Below are positions 52,776 through 64,000 of a stretch of DNA of 64,000 nt, one piece after another. The position numbers and the translations under genes are program-made. The stretch covers positions 12,712,088 through 12,776,087 of the forward strand of contig NC_134031.1 in the NCBI RefSeq assembly GCF_964204645.1, written 5' to 3'. This DNA comes from Tubulanus polymorphus. Lineage: Eukaryota; Animalia; Nemertea. The stretch's first letter is position 1. Each line of letters begins with the position of its first letter. Under the pieces are notes generated by a model that saw nothing but the letters and a program-made list of their open reading frames with translations, did not search any database and was not told where the DNA came from.

Positions 52776-54217
52776 ATGGCAGCAGGCTATTGTAGCGATG
52801 CAGAAATTTCTGACACAGAATTCGATGAGGAAGACCTCATAGAGCTTCAAATGATAGAAAAAAATTATTACAAAGAACAATTCAACCTATTTTCTGCCAA
52901 TGACGATAAAGGTAGGTTATGATGCTTCCTAACTGAGCATAAAAAGCCTATTATTGAAGAGGGCTGAATGAAAGTAGTCTGTTTTAATCCTTTCAGAAAA
53001 ACAACATAAAAGTCACTATTTTAAACAAATATTTTTTATTTATGTAGAGTTGGAATCGCCACAAATCAACGATGAAAGTTTCCAGAAGAAATACTATGAG
53101 TAAGTTCAAATGATAATTATCCGTGTATTGAAATAAAGCTGACAGGCTGTTCGTAACATTTTATATTATGTACAATATTACTTACAAACATTACTTACAA
53201 AATACAAAAACGATAGTTAATGAAATGTAATGTACATGATAGGATTTAACAATAAAACTGAACTAAAACTTCAATTTCAGCACATTATTACACAAATCAC
53301 TCAAAATCATTGAGGAAAACCAACTATTTGCGTATAGCACTCACGGAAAATTGGCGAAAATTTACGCAAAGTTAGTTTTAAATGAGATTGATTCTGTATT
53401 CGTTCAGACATGGTATGCTCATATCCCATCATCGCTAGACCAAGCTTTTCCGAAAAACAACGATTTTGATAAGATGTGGGCAAACGTATATACGTATTCT
53501 AGTGGTAAAGAAGTAGATGATGATGTAAAAACTTTGGTTTTTAAATGTGCGCAGAGCACGGATTTCGACAATCGGGCAGGCAGTCTTTTCATTCAGTCAT
53601 TACTCAAGGAGATATTCAAAGGTTTAATTGACAAAAGATATGAATCGACCTCTAAAAATTCTAGTCAACTAGCTCCACTCACCAACGAAGAGGAACAAAC
53701 ATTGAGGTATGCAGCAGGATATATTCCTCATGCACTGATTAAGTACTATTCGCGCTTAAAAAACAACACTGCTGCTGCAGCAATTCTAAATATCTTAGAA
53801 CATTGGAGAGCCGAATGCGACACAAAGGAAAACTTGGAACAGAACAGTTATCTCGATTATACAACTTTCTGGATCAAGGCTGTTGATCGTGGCGGTCTTT
53901 TCCAAGTAAAAGACAGTGTATACAACTTTTTTAAACTATTAGAGAATATTGTTCGCCCTCATCTCCAAATAAATGATGTACACACATTGAACGGATTAAA
54001 TATCAAAGAAAAGCTGCTTCAACAAATCGAACGGAGTGTAACCGTTAAAAATTCTTGGAAGACATTGACACGTTTTGTCAGTGACGAAAATCTGAGTCGC
54101 AATTTGCTTAGACGAATAATTACATACTGGATCGACATTCGTGTCACTGCATTCAAGGATGCTTTCATGTACATTAGAAAACAAAATAATATCAAAAATG
54201 TATCCAAAAAAAGGTGA
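52776..54217 (+). CDS. Second gene of the element: acidic N-terminus + P-transposase C-terminal-domain-like protein (374 aa)
   Basis: Exons 52776-52911, 53048-53099 and 53281-54217 with GT/AG sites splice into one open frame. Motifs: EEQTLRYAAGYI..WIKAVDRGGLFQV..FFKLLE..WIDIRV. Removing one A from the A7 run near 54210 extends it to KKGEKSLRKVLANKN* (54254). AATAAA at 54314. Confidence 0.8.
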
Positions 54218-54334
54218 AAAATCATTAAGAAAAGTATTGGCTAACAAGAACTGATCTATTTTGTACCTGTCTACATGTATTCACTTTTTCATTTGTAATA
54301 CAACTGACATACAAATAAATACACTTTTCGACTT

Positions 54335-57200
54335 TTAAGTACGTTTTTTTCTTTTAAGAGGCACAACCGATTCAATGTCTATGTCGTCATCTCTTCTGAA
54401 TTTACCACGGAAATTGCCTTTTGACGATGCCTTCGCACAATTTCCTGCTATCATAAGGTTGAGTTCATTGTGGCCAAAAGCGGCGGCAGTGGGGTTGTCA
54501 CTGTTTCCTCCACAACTTCCACAAGTTTTGAGAAGTGCTCCTCTAACGGATCTTGGCTGAGCTTCTCGCTGAGGAAATATTCCACTCCATTGATATTTAA
54601 TAACTCGACTGTCAACTCAGTAAAAGAGAACACTGAAAATATATAAAATCAAATTTTGTTCAATAATGGTGATCACATATGGTTTTCTATCGATATAAGG
54701 AGAAGAAACACACCAGTTATCCGGAAGCCTTCAATTGTTTCCCAACTCAAACATTTTCTTGCTTTTTGTGCCTTTGTCAAAACTTCATACATGTCTTTTT
54801 CTCCTTCCCATTCGTCCAGGAATGGTATGAATTCTTTGAGAAGCCACTAGAATCACAAGAATATTCAGTTATAATTTAATTATATGTGAAACAATACATT
54901 CCAAATGAAATAACTATAAATCTACCTTTAATCGTTCGTCCGATTCACTACGATACTCCTTTAAATCTGGATTCCTCTTTCTTATGCTCTCATAAGATGT
55001 CGAAACATTCAGGCAATCGAAAAATTTGTTTATCATCCGTATGTAAAGAATCAATGAACTGAGCTCTGGTTCATTATAAAGTTCAAGCGCGACTGCCACA
55101 GAATTACTCAGAACCTGAAACAGAAAGAATATTAATTTGTGATTCATAAGATGAGGGAGGTGGGAGGATTAACAGTTAAAAAAAAACAGCCAAGAACTCA
55201 ACATACTTGGGCAGCTAAATTCACACGCATACGTGTCGCTGGTGTCAAATGCAAATGTTCATGTCGTAATTTTCTTAGACGATTCAGTCCAGGAGCCTGC
55301 CTATTAATTCCAACTTCTCCTTCAACTAGTCGAAGCAATTGCGTCCATTTAATAGGCTTTCCGCGGAACTGTAATATACAAAAATTTATCATTAGGTACA
55401 TTAAATAAATCGACTAGACAAAAGTCTATCAGGAAGGTGGGACCTCCCTGGGTCTATTAAGACCTACCATTAAATCACGTAATTTTCTGTTGAATCTAGA
55501 ATTTTCGAGGTTGTTGCGGCTCATTTTGATCAAGTGCAGCACATCACATATAAAATAAATTCTCCGAGACTTGTCATATCTGTTGATCGTCCAGTATGTA
55601 ATTTTTTCATCTCGTCTGTGCATACGATAAAACTTCCGGTTAGGAGTGGCTCCATCACTTACGAATGCTCTAACAAAAAAGCCGATTCTCTCAAGGATCT
55701 GGACAGCTTCCCAAACACACGGATACAAATTATGGCTGCTGAATCCTTGGCACGGAAAGTATCCAAGCATAAGTTTCATGTTCGAAAACAATCCACGAGC
55801 CATAAAAACACATACATGAGTCGCTAGATCTTTCTCATTGTCATCCAACGATCGTTTAAATTTCTCAATTACGTTATTGATGTCTCCCATTTCGCAAAAT
55901 CCAATCAGCTGGCCAGTTTTTTTGGAATAGATCAGCTCCGATTTAATTTTCATTTCATCATATAGCAAACACACATTTTTTTGAAAATCTAGCAATGTTT
56001 CAAAATTCATGTCATTTAAGGCATGTTCAATGAATTCACTATTGAATCCTGAACATGGATCTGTGAAGCGTGTATAACCATCCAAAGTACTAGAGTGGGG
56101 CAGCTGTAAAAATCCGGAGTCTCGAATGAACTTGTACACCGACTTCGATTTGTGTCGCAAAGCTATGCACCACTTAATTATCAAAGGATGCCATCGCATC
56201 TGCTTGGCGGATTTCGAATTTTGAAGACGCTGTTGTTGCCAAAGAAGTTCTTGAACAGATCCACTCGGAAAGTCATTATTGAATTGTTCGATATTTTCTT
56301 CAACCGATTTCGTTAACAACACTGATAGTTCAGGGGTAACGTCGACATTTGCAGCTTCAAAATTATATTATTTTAGCCGTTCTTCAACTTTCTTCAAATT
56401 TTGACGTTGACCTTGTGTTTCACGGAGACGGATCTTAAGCTGTTCATTTGACAAATAATCGTATCGTACATTACTATTTACACAGGTTCGCGATGAAGTT
56501 GTGGATGTCAAACGGCTTCGCATTGTGAAGAGGCATCCACGAAATGTTTTACACGCATCACAGCGATCGACAAATATATTATTTACAATTTTACAAGATA
56601 CATGGCGAATAATTTTACTTGAATTTGTTGTCTGAACGGTAGCTATAACATCACCCTTCTGATTTCGGAACTCATTCAGACCTCGACCAGTGATGACATC
56701 AACAAAATCAGGGTTACCGCAGCACAGTTTAAGTTTCTTAAGTTCCAGCAATTTGTCCTCGATTTCTAATTTATCGCGCAAAGAATCAGTCACTTCTAGT
56801 TGATCGATAAAGAATCGGTGTTCAGCGCTGCATTCTACCATCCGTATGCAGTTCAATCAGAAGTATCAGAATAGAAAACATACGTTTTTTCATTCACTTT
56901 CACAAAACCATTTTTCGACACAATGTCCTGAAAGTTATCTGGCGGAGGGTTTTCGACGTTCCATGTTTTTAAAGTGATATTGACTGGAATATTTCTTGAT
57001 TTATTTTTCGCCTTACGCCAACGTTGCAATTTTTGCCGGCAAAGATTGCAAATAAAATCTGGGTGTATACCGGCGGTGTCCGTAGTGAAATCAATGCCAA
57101 ATAATGATGAAACGTGTGAACTGAACTTCATTTTGTCGTATCGATTACGGTCATTATTGGCTGCAGATAAACCACACAAGCGACAAACATCATCTGCCAT
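54335..57200 (-). pseudogene. P-type DDE transposase with a RAG1-N/Chapaev-like N-terminal zinc finger, no THAP and no C-terminal domain (~838 aa reconstructed)
   Basis: Exons 57200-55468, 55368-55207, 55114-54926, 54846-54714 and 54632-54335, all GT-AG with compatible phases. Motifs: MRWHP, LYDEMKIK, VSDGATPN, CDVLHLIK, MRVNLAAQVLS, KFFDCLN, LSQDPLEEHFS..GGNSDNP, ending PLKRKKRT*. Lesions: frameshifts ~56855 and ~54520, TAA at 56368-56370. Confidence 0.92.
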
Positions 57201-57665
57201 CTTACTGAAAAAATTTAAAAACAATGACATTATCATTAAATCATTGATTCTTGACTTAGTCACCAAGGGGGTAGGCCTTTTTTGATATCACGATGGTATT
57301 GTATACTTTTTTCTTAGATAGGCTTCAATTGACACGTATTTGTATATATGTATCATAGCAACATGACTACACATATCCGGATATGCGCAGTGGTCAATGA
57401 ATTATTCTCATATTTCAATCGTTAATTTAGAAGTGTTCCGGTTAGCGGCCACTACATCGATGAAGGCAAAGGAATGCAATGCATTTCAACGTGTTTTATG
57501 GTGTTAAATTAATATGTGGCCGATTGTCTCTTCAAAGTATGTTTAATGTCAAAGTTTGCTTACCAACTGAGGTTATTTTGCCGTAAAATATTCAGTTTTC
57601 ATCCAATTTTTTCCTCTGAAAAACGTGAAAGTTGACCGCGACACGCCGTACAAGAAGAATTCAAC

Positions 57666-57677
57666 TGCGCATGCGCA
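57666..57677. promoter_or_regulatory. NRF1/EWG-type palindrome TGCGCATGCGCA upstream of the transposase's putative 5'UTR exon
   Basis: Exact consensus match, lying between the TIR and a minus-strand GTAAG donor at ~57563. Function is inferred. Confidence 0.4.
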
Positions 57678-58006
57678 AGGCTGATGCTATTGTCAGTACA
57701 GCATGTGCTAGTTTGGCAAACTTGACGGCACAGGCCTAACGTCTAGGAAACGGACCTGTGTGATGGGATATTTTACCATCACACACTCGCTGCAGCGGTG
57801 ACCCAGTTAGCCGCGGGCGGTATGAAAACTCTGATCATGAATAGAATTGCCGACTAGCTGATAACATATCTGACTCGTTCATACTCCATTCACTCCCACC
57901 TCCCTGATATGACGGACAACTTCCATCAGTTTTAACTTTGATCTGATTGATCTGATGCTTTTGTGTACACTCCTTATTTCCAAAAACAAGACGTACATAC
58001 TTCATG

Positions 58007-59446
58007 TTTTTTAACCCACTTGGGACTTTAGTCCCAGTGGGCTATTGCGTTCACTTTTCGTCCGTCGTCCGTCATAGCATCTGTCCGTCCGTTCGTCCGT
58101 CCGTAGACGGAATCCAGTTATTTTGGGAAGTTTTGAAGACGCTTCAAGGTAATGTCTGGATATTTGGTTTATACATGTATTTACCCTAGACACATCTTCA
58201 GCCCAAAAACTGGCCCTGTCAGATTCAAGTTGGCCGACTGGCAGCCATTTTTGTTCGCCAAAATCAGCACTTTTTCGAAGTTTTCGAGGGAAATTTTGAA
58301 GACGCTTTGATCAATTACCTTGATCTTTCGTTTGTATTTGAATCTACCAAGGGCCCATCAGCATAAGAAAAATTTGGTCGATCTGACTCAAGATGGCCGT
58401 TCTATGACCTTTTTAGTGCCCAAAAATGTCAATTTTGGCCAGAATTCTAGGTCCTGTAGCTTCCTACTGGTTTGCCATTTCTCATTGCAATTTGTGATGG
58501 TTATTCTTTGTAAAGGGATGTTTTATACCTGAGACAGGTATTTTTGATCAGCCAATTATGACGCAATTGGTGGCCATCTTGGTGTCATCAGTACTCATTC
58601 GTAGGTGAGAAAAAGTTTTTCCACGCAAAATTGATAACTAAGCATATTGTGTTACTATATTCAATTGGAAAGTTGTAGCCCATAACGTTTTCTATGATTG
58701 TGGTGAGTTTCAAGGTCATTGGTTTTTGTATGTGGCCACCAGGGGACGTTGAATAATACAACAACTTAGTATTTCTATATTATATTTGTACATATGCATA
58801 TTTCGTTACCACAATCAATTGCAAAGTTGTAGCTCATGACATCTTCCATGATATTGGTGAGTTTTGAGGACATTAGTTATTCTATATGGTCACCAGGGAG
58901 CGTTGAATAGTAGAATAACTTAGTATTTCCTTATTAGATTGGTACCTAGGCATATTTTGTTACCATGATCAATTGCAAAGTTGTAGTTCATGACATGGTC
59001 TATGATTGTGGTGAGTTTTTAAGGACATTAGTTATTCCATATAGTCACCAGGGGGCGTTGAATAGTAGAATAGCTTAGTATTTCCCTTATTAGATTCTTG
59101 GTACCTAGGCATATTTTGTTACCATGATCAATTGCAAAGTTGTATTTCATGATATGTACTACGATTTTGGTGAGATTTAAGGTCATTGGGTTTTGCATAT
59201 GGTCACTAGGGAGTGTTTAGTAGTAGAATAACTTAGTATTTCCATATTAAATTTGTAACGAGGCAAATTTTGTTTTCACAATCATTTACAAAATCATAGC
59301 TGCTGACATGTTCTATGATTGTTGTGGGTTTCAAGGTGATTGATTTTGTATATGGTCACTAGGGGGTGTTATGTATTGAAATTGTTAGATTGATGAGCAT
59401 TTGAAACCACTTTCCAAGTGGGCATGGTGTCCCTGGATCCCTAGTT
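58007..59446 (+). mobile_element. HINE family C copy, 5 internal ~155-bp repeats
   Basis: Same termini as 48061-49158. Repeat marker GGTCACCAGGGG at ~58734, 58888, 59043, 59201 and 59354. Confidence 0.88.
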
Positions 59447-60063
59447 GTCACTTTTGACTAGGAACTTGTCTCAGTTGTAACTTCATATGTAGTTATAACA
59501 TTGACAACAGTGTAGCACTAGTATCCGATTTGCAATTTCGCAAATCTAAATAATTTAGTGTTTTTTCCTTGATAAGGAAATACTAAACAAATAAAAAGAA
59601 AGCACATGTAGTTGTTACATGTATATTTGTTGTGATATATTTTATGCAATCATGAAAACGTTTGCGAACTGCAAAACTTTTTATTATTTGATCATAAAGA
59701 TTTTTATTTTCATCATACATTGAATGACTTGTTAATTTTATCGGACACTTCCACTTGCAGTGTGATTCTAATTCTGAAATTATGGATATCTGGGATAATG
59801 TACATTCATCACACAACAATGAGTCTAGTCTACCACACCCAAAAACCACAAGAACATAATGATATCGTAACCAAAACGAGGAGCCAAGCCAAACAAACCC
59901 TGAATTTCCTTTGAATCCTTCAATTGCTTGGATGTTAATTTGCAGAATCTCAATTCTCCATGCCATTACTCTCGACGCAAATTTATTGCAATGCTGTATC
60001 AGATGAGCCAGGAATTAGGAATGGATGGCCCAAAATTACCTAGCGATTAATGTATACATTATA

Positions 60064-60364
60064 CAGTGGAACCTTGTTACAACGACCACAAATATACCAA
60101 CTAATCGGCACCTAAAATTCCACCCCAAATAGGACAATTTTCAGCTTCACTGTGACCGAAGGTGAGCAGAGTTGATGGGTTGGATGAACCGTCGTCATCC
60201 GTCTATCAATTAGATAAATGAAAAATAATGAAGTAAACAAAACGCAGCGGAGCTATATCAGCCGATAGCCTGCTTGTAATGATCATATACTGGACATAAC
60301 TAACTACCGCTTATAACAAATAGATTGTCTGGTCCCTCCGAGTTGGTTCTAATGAGGTCCACTG
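60064..60364. mobile_element. Tigger/pogo-type MITE
   Basis: TA-CAGTGGAACCTTGTTA ... TAATGAGGTCCACTG-TA imperfect TIRs. Confidence 0.65.
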
Positions 60365-62177
60365 TATATACTGACAAAAACTGGAATTAGGACCTCGCCT
60401 AAAGAAATTTGTAATTTTATCTATCACACTACCTCTCAAACACAATGGTCATGAATTAATCATTATGTGTAGGCCCGAGCTGTATAGATCATTGACCTCT
60501 TGTTTTATTTTAGATCGAGTGATGATGTAAATGGAAGTGTTGCGCAACATACAATTCAATACATAGAACTTTATTGACTCTTAAAATCTAAAATCGATCT
60601 ATATATGCTCGACATCAATTTGTTATTCACTTTGTCGATCAATAAATCATTTCATTTACTGCTACACTGTCCTACAATCAACAAGAGACGGTTTAGCTGT
60701 GGTAATTATTCCTGATTGGAACCAAAATAGAACGCTATAAAAAAATCGGGTCGTGTATTTTTGAAGGGTCAGGCGGGGACGATAAACAACCAATTTTTTT
60801 CATTTTGCCAAAACTTGATAAATTAACTAAATTAATATTTCAAAACAAAACAAGTAGGCTATAAGGGCACAGACTTTCAAAGGTAAATGCATTGAAATTA
60901 TGTGGTAGTTTATGTAGACAAACTGGTGCAGTAACGAGGTAAACCTACACAATGAATCGTGAGAGATTAGTAAAATTCCAAGGAATGAACTGAAAATGGT
61001 TTTTAGCAGAAAACCAAGAATTCGTGTTTTCAATAAATTTTAAAGTTTGAAAATCTTTAAAGAACGTTTTTGATCTCGTTATTGTGGGATTTACATTTTA
61101 AACTGGTGTTGTGTCTGATCAAAGTGAGATGTAATCATCGTAAATTTACTTAAACTTATCTGGAATTGGTCTAATAATCTCAAAAAGTGACATGTCAGAA
61201 CATCAATGCATTTGATTTCGTGTTAGTTAATGATAGATAGAAATGATAGATAGTTGTCTTCATTTCTTGGATCATAGTGAAGTAGCAATGTATTGACTAT
61301 AAATTTTCTTAAATTAACAGGATTTATAAAAATTCAATTCAAGCTTAATCAAGTAATCACTATCCTTGGATCATCCAAGCAAACACAAAACGTTTTCAAA
61401 ACATTTTGTTTTTGTTTCGGTTACGTTCTGTTGAACGTTTCTGAAATGTTATTCTGTGAACACATTTTAACGTTTCTGAAATGTTTTTACAAAACCTTAA
61501 GGAAACCTTGTCAAAACCTTTAAAACCTTGTGGGAACGTTTCAAAAACGTGACAAAACAGTCATTTATATTAAATGAATGATAACTTAGATTATTACAAT
61601 GAATTCTTACAAAATAATCTATGAAATCACTATCGAGCAAAATTATTGTAGGATTGATTAGAGAGACAAGGAAATATTTGCCCAAGGCACAATAAAAAGC
61701 TATAAAATTTCCTGAAATTCGATGGAAACAAACTTAAAAATTCCTCAAAATATACGTTAACATGTGAAAAATACACACATAATTTTTCTAAAGTATCAAT
61801 AATATCTATCGTCTCAAAACTATATGGCGTACGATACTGGTCATTGAAGAGCAAAATCTTGGTCATTCAGGTCATTCAAAACAATATCACCGGTATCGTA
61901 AATTACAAAAAAATCTCAAATCATATTTACATGTTTGTGTAAGAAAGTACACGTTTTCCTAAAATGTTGCCAAAATTAAAATTTATTTAGTCTTTAATGG
62001 TTCGTTGATGTTCAATGGAATATAATTTGAAAATTCGTCAAAATATATACATTTACATGTTAAAAATACATACATTATTTTCCTGATATATCAATAGAAT
62101 TTTAGTTTGTGTAAAAAGGAAAAGCTCAAAATTATAATCCCATACATTCAATCAAGATTATTACAAAACAACATTAC

Positions 62178-62680
62178 TTAAATCATTATTCTCAGGTTAT
62201 TCTAAAGGCATAGTTTGTACATTTTATACACATCCAAAAATATTATGGTAGGCATTACAGATATCTTAAATCATTATGGGCAGAATATTCTGAAGGCTCA
62301 ATTTGTGCATTCTATACACATCAAAAAATATTACAGAAGGCATTACCGATATCTTAAATCATTATTCTCAGATTATTATTATTAAGGCAAAATTTGTACA
62401 TACACATCCAAAAGTATTACGGTAGGCATTACCGATTTCTTAAATCATTATTCTCAGCTTATTTGAAAGGTACAATTTGTACATTTTATACACATCCAAA
62501 GATATTACAGTAGACATTACCACTATCTTAAATCATTATTCTCAGATTATTCTAAAGGCAAAATTTATACATTTTCTATACATCCAAAAATATTACGGTA
62601 CACAGTACCGATTTCTTAAATCATTATTCTCAGGTTGTTCTAAAGGCACAATTTGTACATTTTACACATCCAAAAATATC
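62178..62680. repeat. ~88-bp tandem repeat, ~6 copies
   Basis: AAATCATTA at 62180, 62268, 62356, 62442, 62530 and 62618. Confidence 0.9.
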
Positions 62681-63424
62681 CGCTCCAAAAAATGTGTCCA
62701 ACTTCAGTAAATATCCGAAAACCGTTCGCGATTCATAAGCACAGTTCCTATGGATAACTAGGCATCTGCATTACTGTCACTTTCATTTACAGTTACTATA
62801 GGCCTACATTCTTTCTTCGCAGTTGTCTGAAACAAACAATGACACAGTTAGCCTTACAAGAAACCATTAGAAAATATTTCAAAGATTAGTAGATAATTGT
62901 CATGATTATATTATTTCTTACCTTTTCTACCAAATAAGAAAGAAAATCCTCCAGGTTTATGAGGGAACAATTTTAGAAAGTTTCCAATAGCAAAATCTCC
63001 ATCTGTTTGGCTCGAGTTCTTGCTGGGAAAACATGCACCTGAAAAACATTGATAGGTTCAAACATAGTATGAAAAGTATTATGTAAAACAATAAAAGAAT
63101 AAAACTGAATACCAGAAATATTTTGGAACTTGATATCAACCTTTCCAGAGCAAAATCCAGAAAATGACAGGAAAATCGTTTACAGCCAAACCTGTTTAAT
63201 TCGGATCAGATCCGCTTTATCCAGATTTTGGTCTAATCGGGACAATATTTGCAGTTCATTTACCAGAAAATGATTTTTAATCCAGATTTCTCATAAACCG
63301 GATGAATTTTGTAGGTCCCAAATGACCCAAACTATTGCGGATTCTACTGCGTTCATCATGCAGGTTTTTAGGAAATTAACTCTTTTCAGCAATATTATTA
63401 TTTGTTATATAATGTTTTTACTCA

Positions 63425-63891
63425 TGAACTATTACTGCATACAGTTTAGTCTCGATGAAACAAACAATTTCTTTTTTCGGCCCTTCAGAGAAAAATTTGA
63501 CCATATGCTATTCGTCCCCAGGGCTCTTAACATTCTCCTTGCCACATCTCCAGTACTTTGTACACCGATCGAAGCTAGGTAAGATTGCTAAATAAAATGC
63601 GATAAAAGCAAAAATGGGTGGTTAGCAAAAAAGAAAAACATTGTTTGATCATTTTACATCATGAATGCTGTATATACATGATACTAATACATTTACACAT
63701 ACCAAAGATTTTCTAAGTTCTTGTTTTCAAGCTTTAGATTCAATTCATCAAAGTCTTCCACCGAATCCGTTCTCGTGGGAATATCCTCCAATGATGATGG
63801 AGCATTTGCACGCTGGTTGAGTCGTTCAACCAAAATCATTTGGTTCTCGAAGACCTCGTTTCGAGCTTCATTAGCACTGTCAACTTGAAAT
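63425..63891 (-). pseudogene. DUF4806-like transposon accessory protein exons
   Basis: Exons 63891-63703 (IPTRTDSVEDFDELNLKLENKN) and 63587-~63425 (YLASIGVQSTGDVARRMLRALGTNSIWSNFSLKGRKKK..FIETKLYAVI). Small frameshifts. Confidence 0.65.
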
Positions 63892-64000
63892 CTGGAAATG
63901 CATAGTGGAGAAATAATAAGTGCTCGAGTTACACTTCAAAATTAATAATTTGTACAAACATTTTTGTCTTCATGCGCACCTTTGTCTGGCTCCGTTTCTT

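Larger units (their letters stand above)
52596..57906. mobile_element. Two-gene P-superfamily DNA transposon (convergent genes)
   Basis: Perfect 37-bp TIR CAGGGAGGTGGGAGTGAATGGAGTATGAACGAGTCAG. 7-bp TSD ATATGAC at 52589-52595 and 57907-57913. Confidence 0.95.
61375..64000. mobile_element. Probable CMC (EnSpm/Mirage-type) DNA transposon running off the right edge
   Basis: CCAAGCAAACACAAAACGTTTT start with AACGTT subterminal repeats and an internal DUF4806-like gene. The other end is not in the window, so the linkage is inferred. Confidence 0.5.

Noticed and set aside
52596-57906. ProtoRAG/Transib (RAG1L-RAG2L) transposon
   Set aside because: The core is P-type. The TIR starts CAGGG with no CAC heptamer/nonamer, the TSD is 7 bp rather than 5, and gene B shows no kelch or PHD features.

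Overview
AT-rich eukaryotic (metazoan, probably marine invertebrate; inference) genomic DNA made almost entirely of transposable elements and repeats. The only host-gene sequence I recognise is one intact exon of alanine-glyoxylate aminotransferase (AGXT-like, 32028-32141). Main contents: (1) a 31-bp hairpin satellite at 1-1358. (2) Many non-autonomous Helentron/DINE-1-like elements of several families, plus a decayed Helentron Rep. (3) A four-level nest at 22.7-31.1 kb: Penelope > TTAA/Kolobok-type element > THAP P element > MITE. (4) Harbinger, Tigger, MuDR-like and CMC-type elements and LINE/LTR scraps. The standout is a 5.3-kb P-superfamily transposon at 52596-57906 with 37-bp perfect TIRs and a 7-bp TSD. 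It carries two intron-containing genes tail-to-tail. The first is a P-type DDE transposase whose N-terminus is a RAG1-N-terminal/Chapaev-like (CRxCG...FGID...IHP..C..C) zinc finger rather than THAP, and which stops shortly after the catalytic core. The second, on the opposite strand, encodes what looks like the missing P-transposase C-terminal domain. The ordinary fused THAP-P element in the same window (25617-29882) serves as an internal comparison. All family assignments come from motif recognition by eye; no searches were run.
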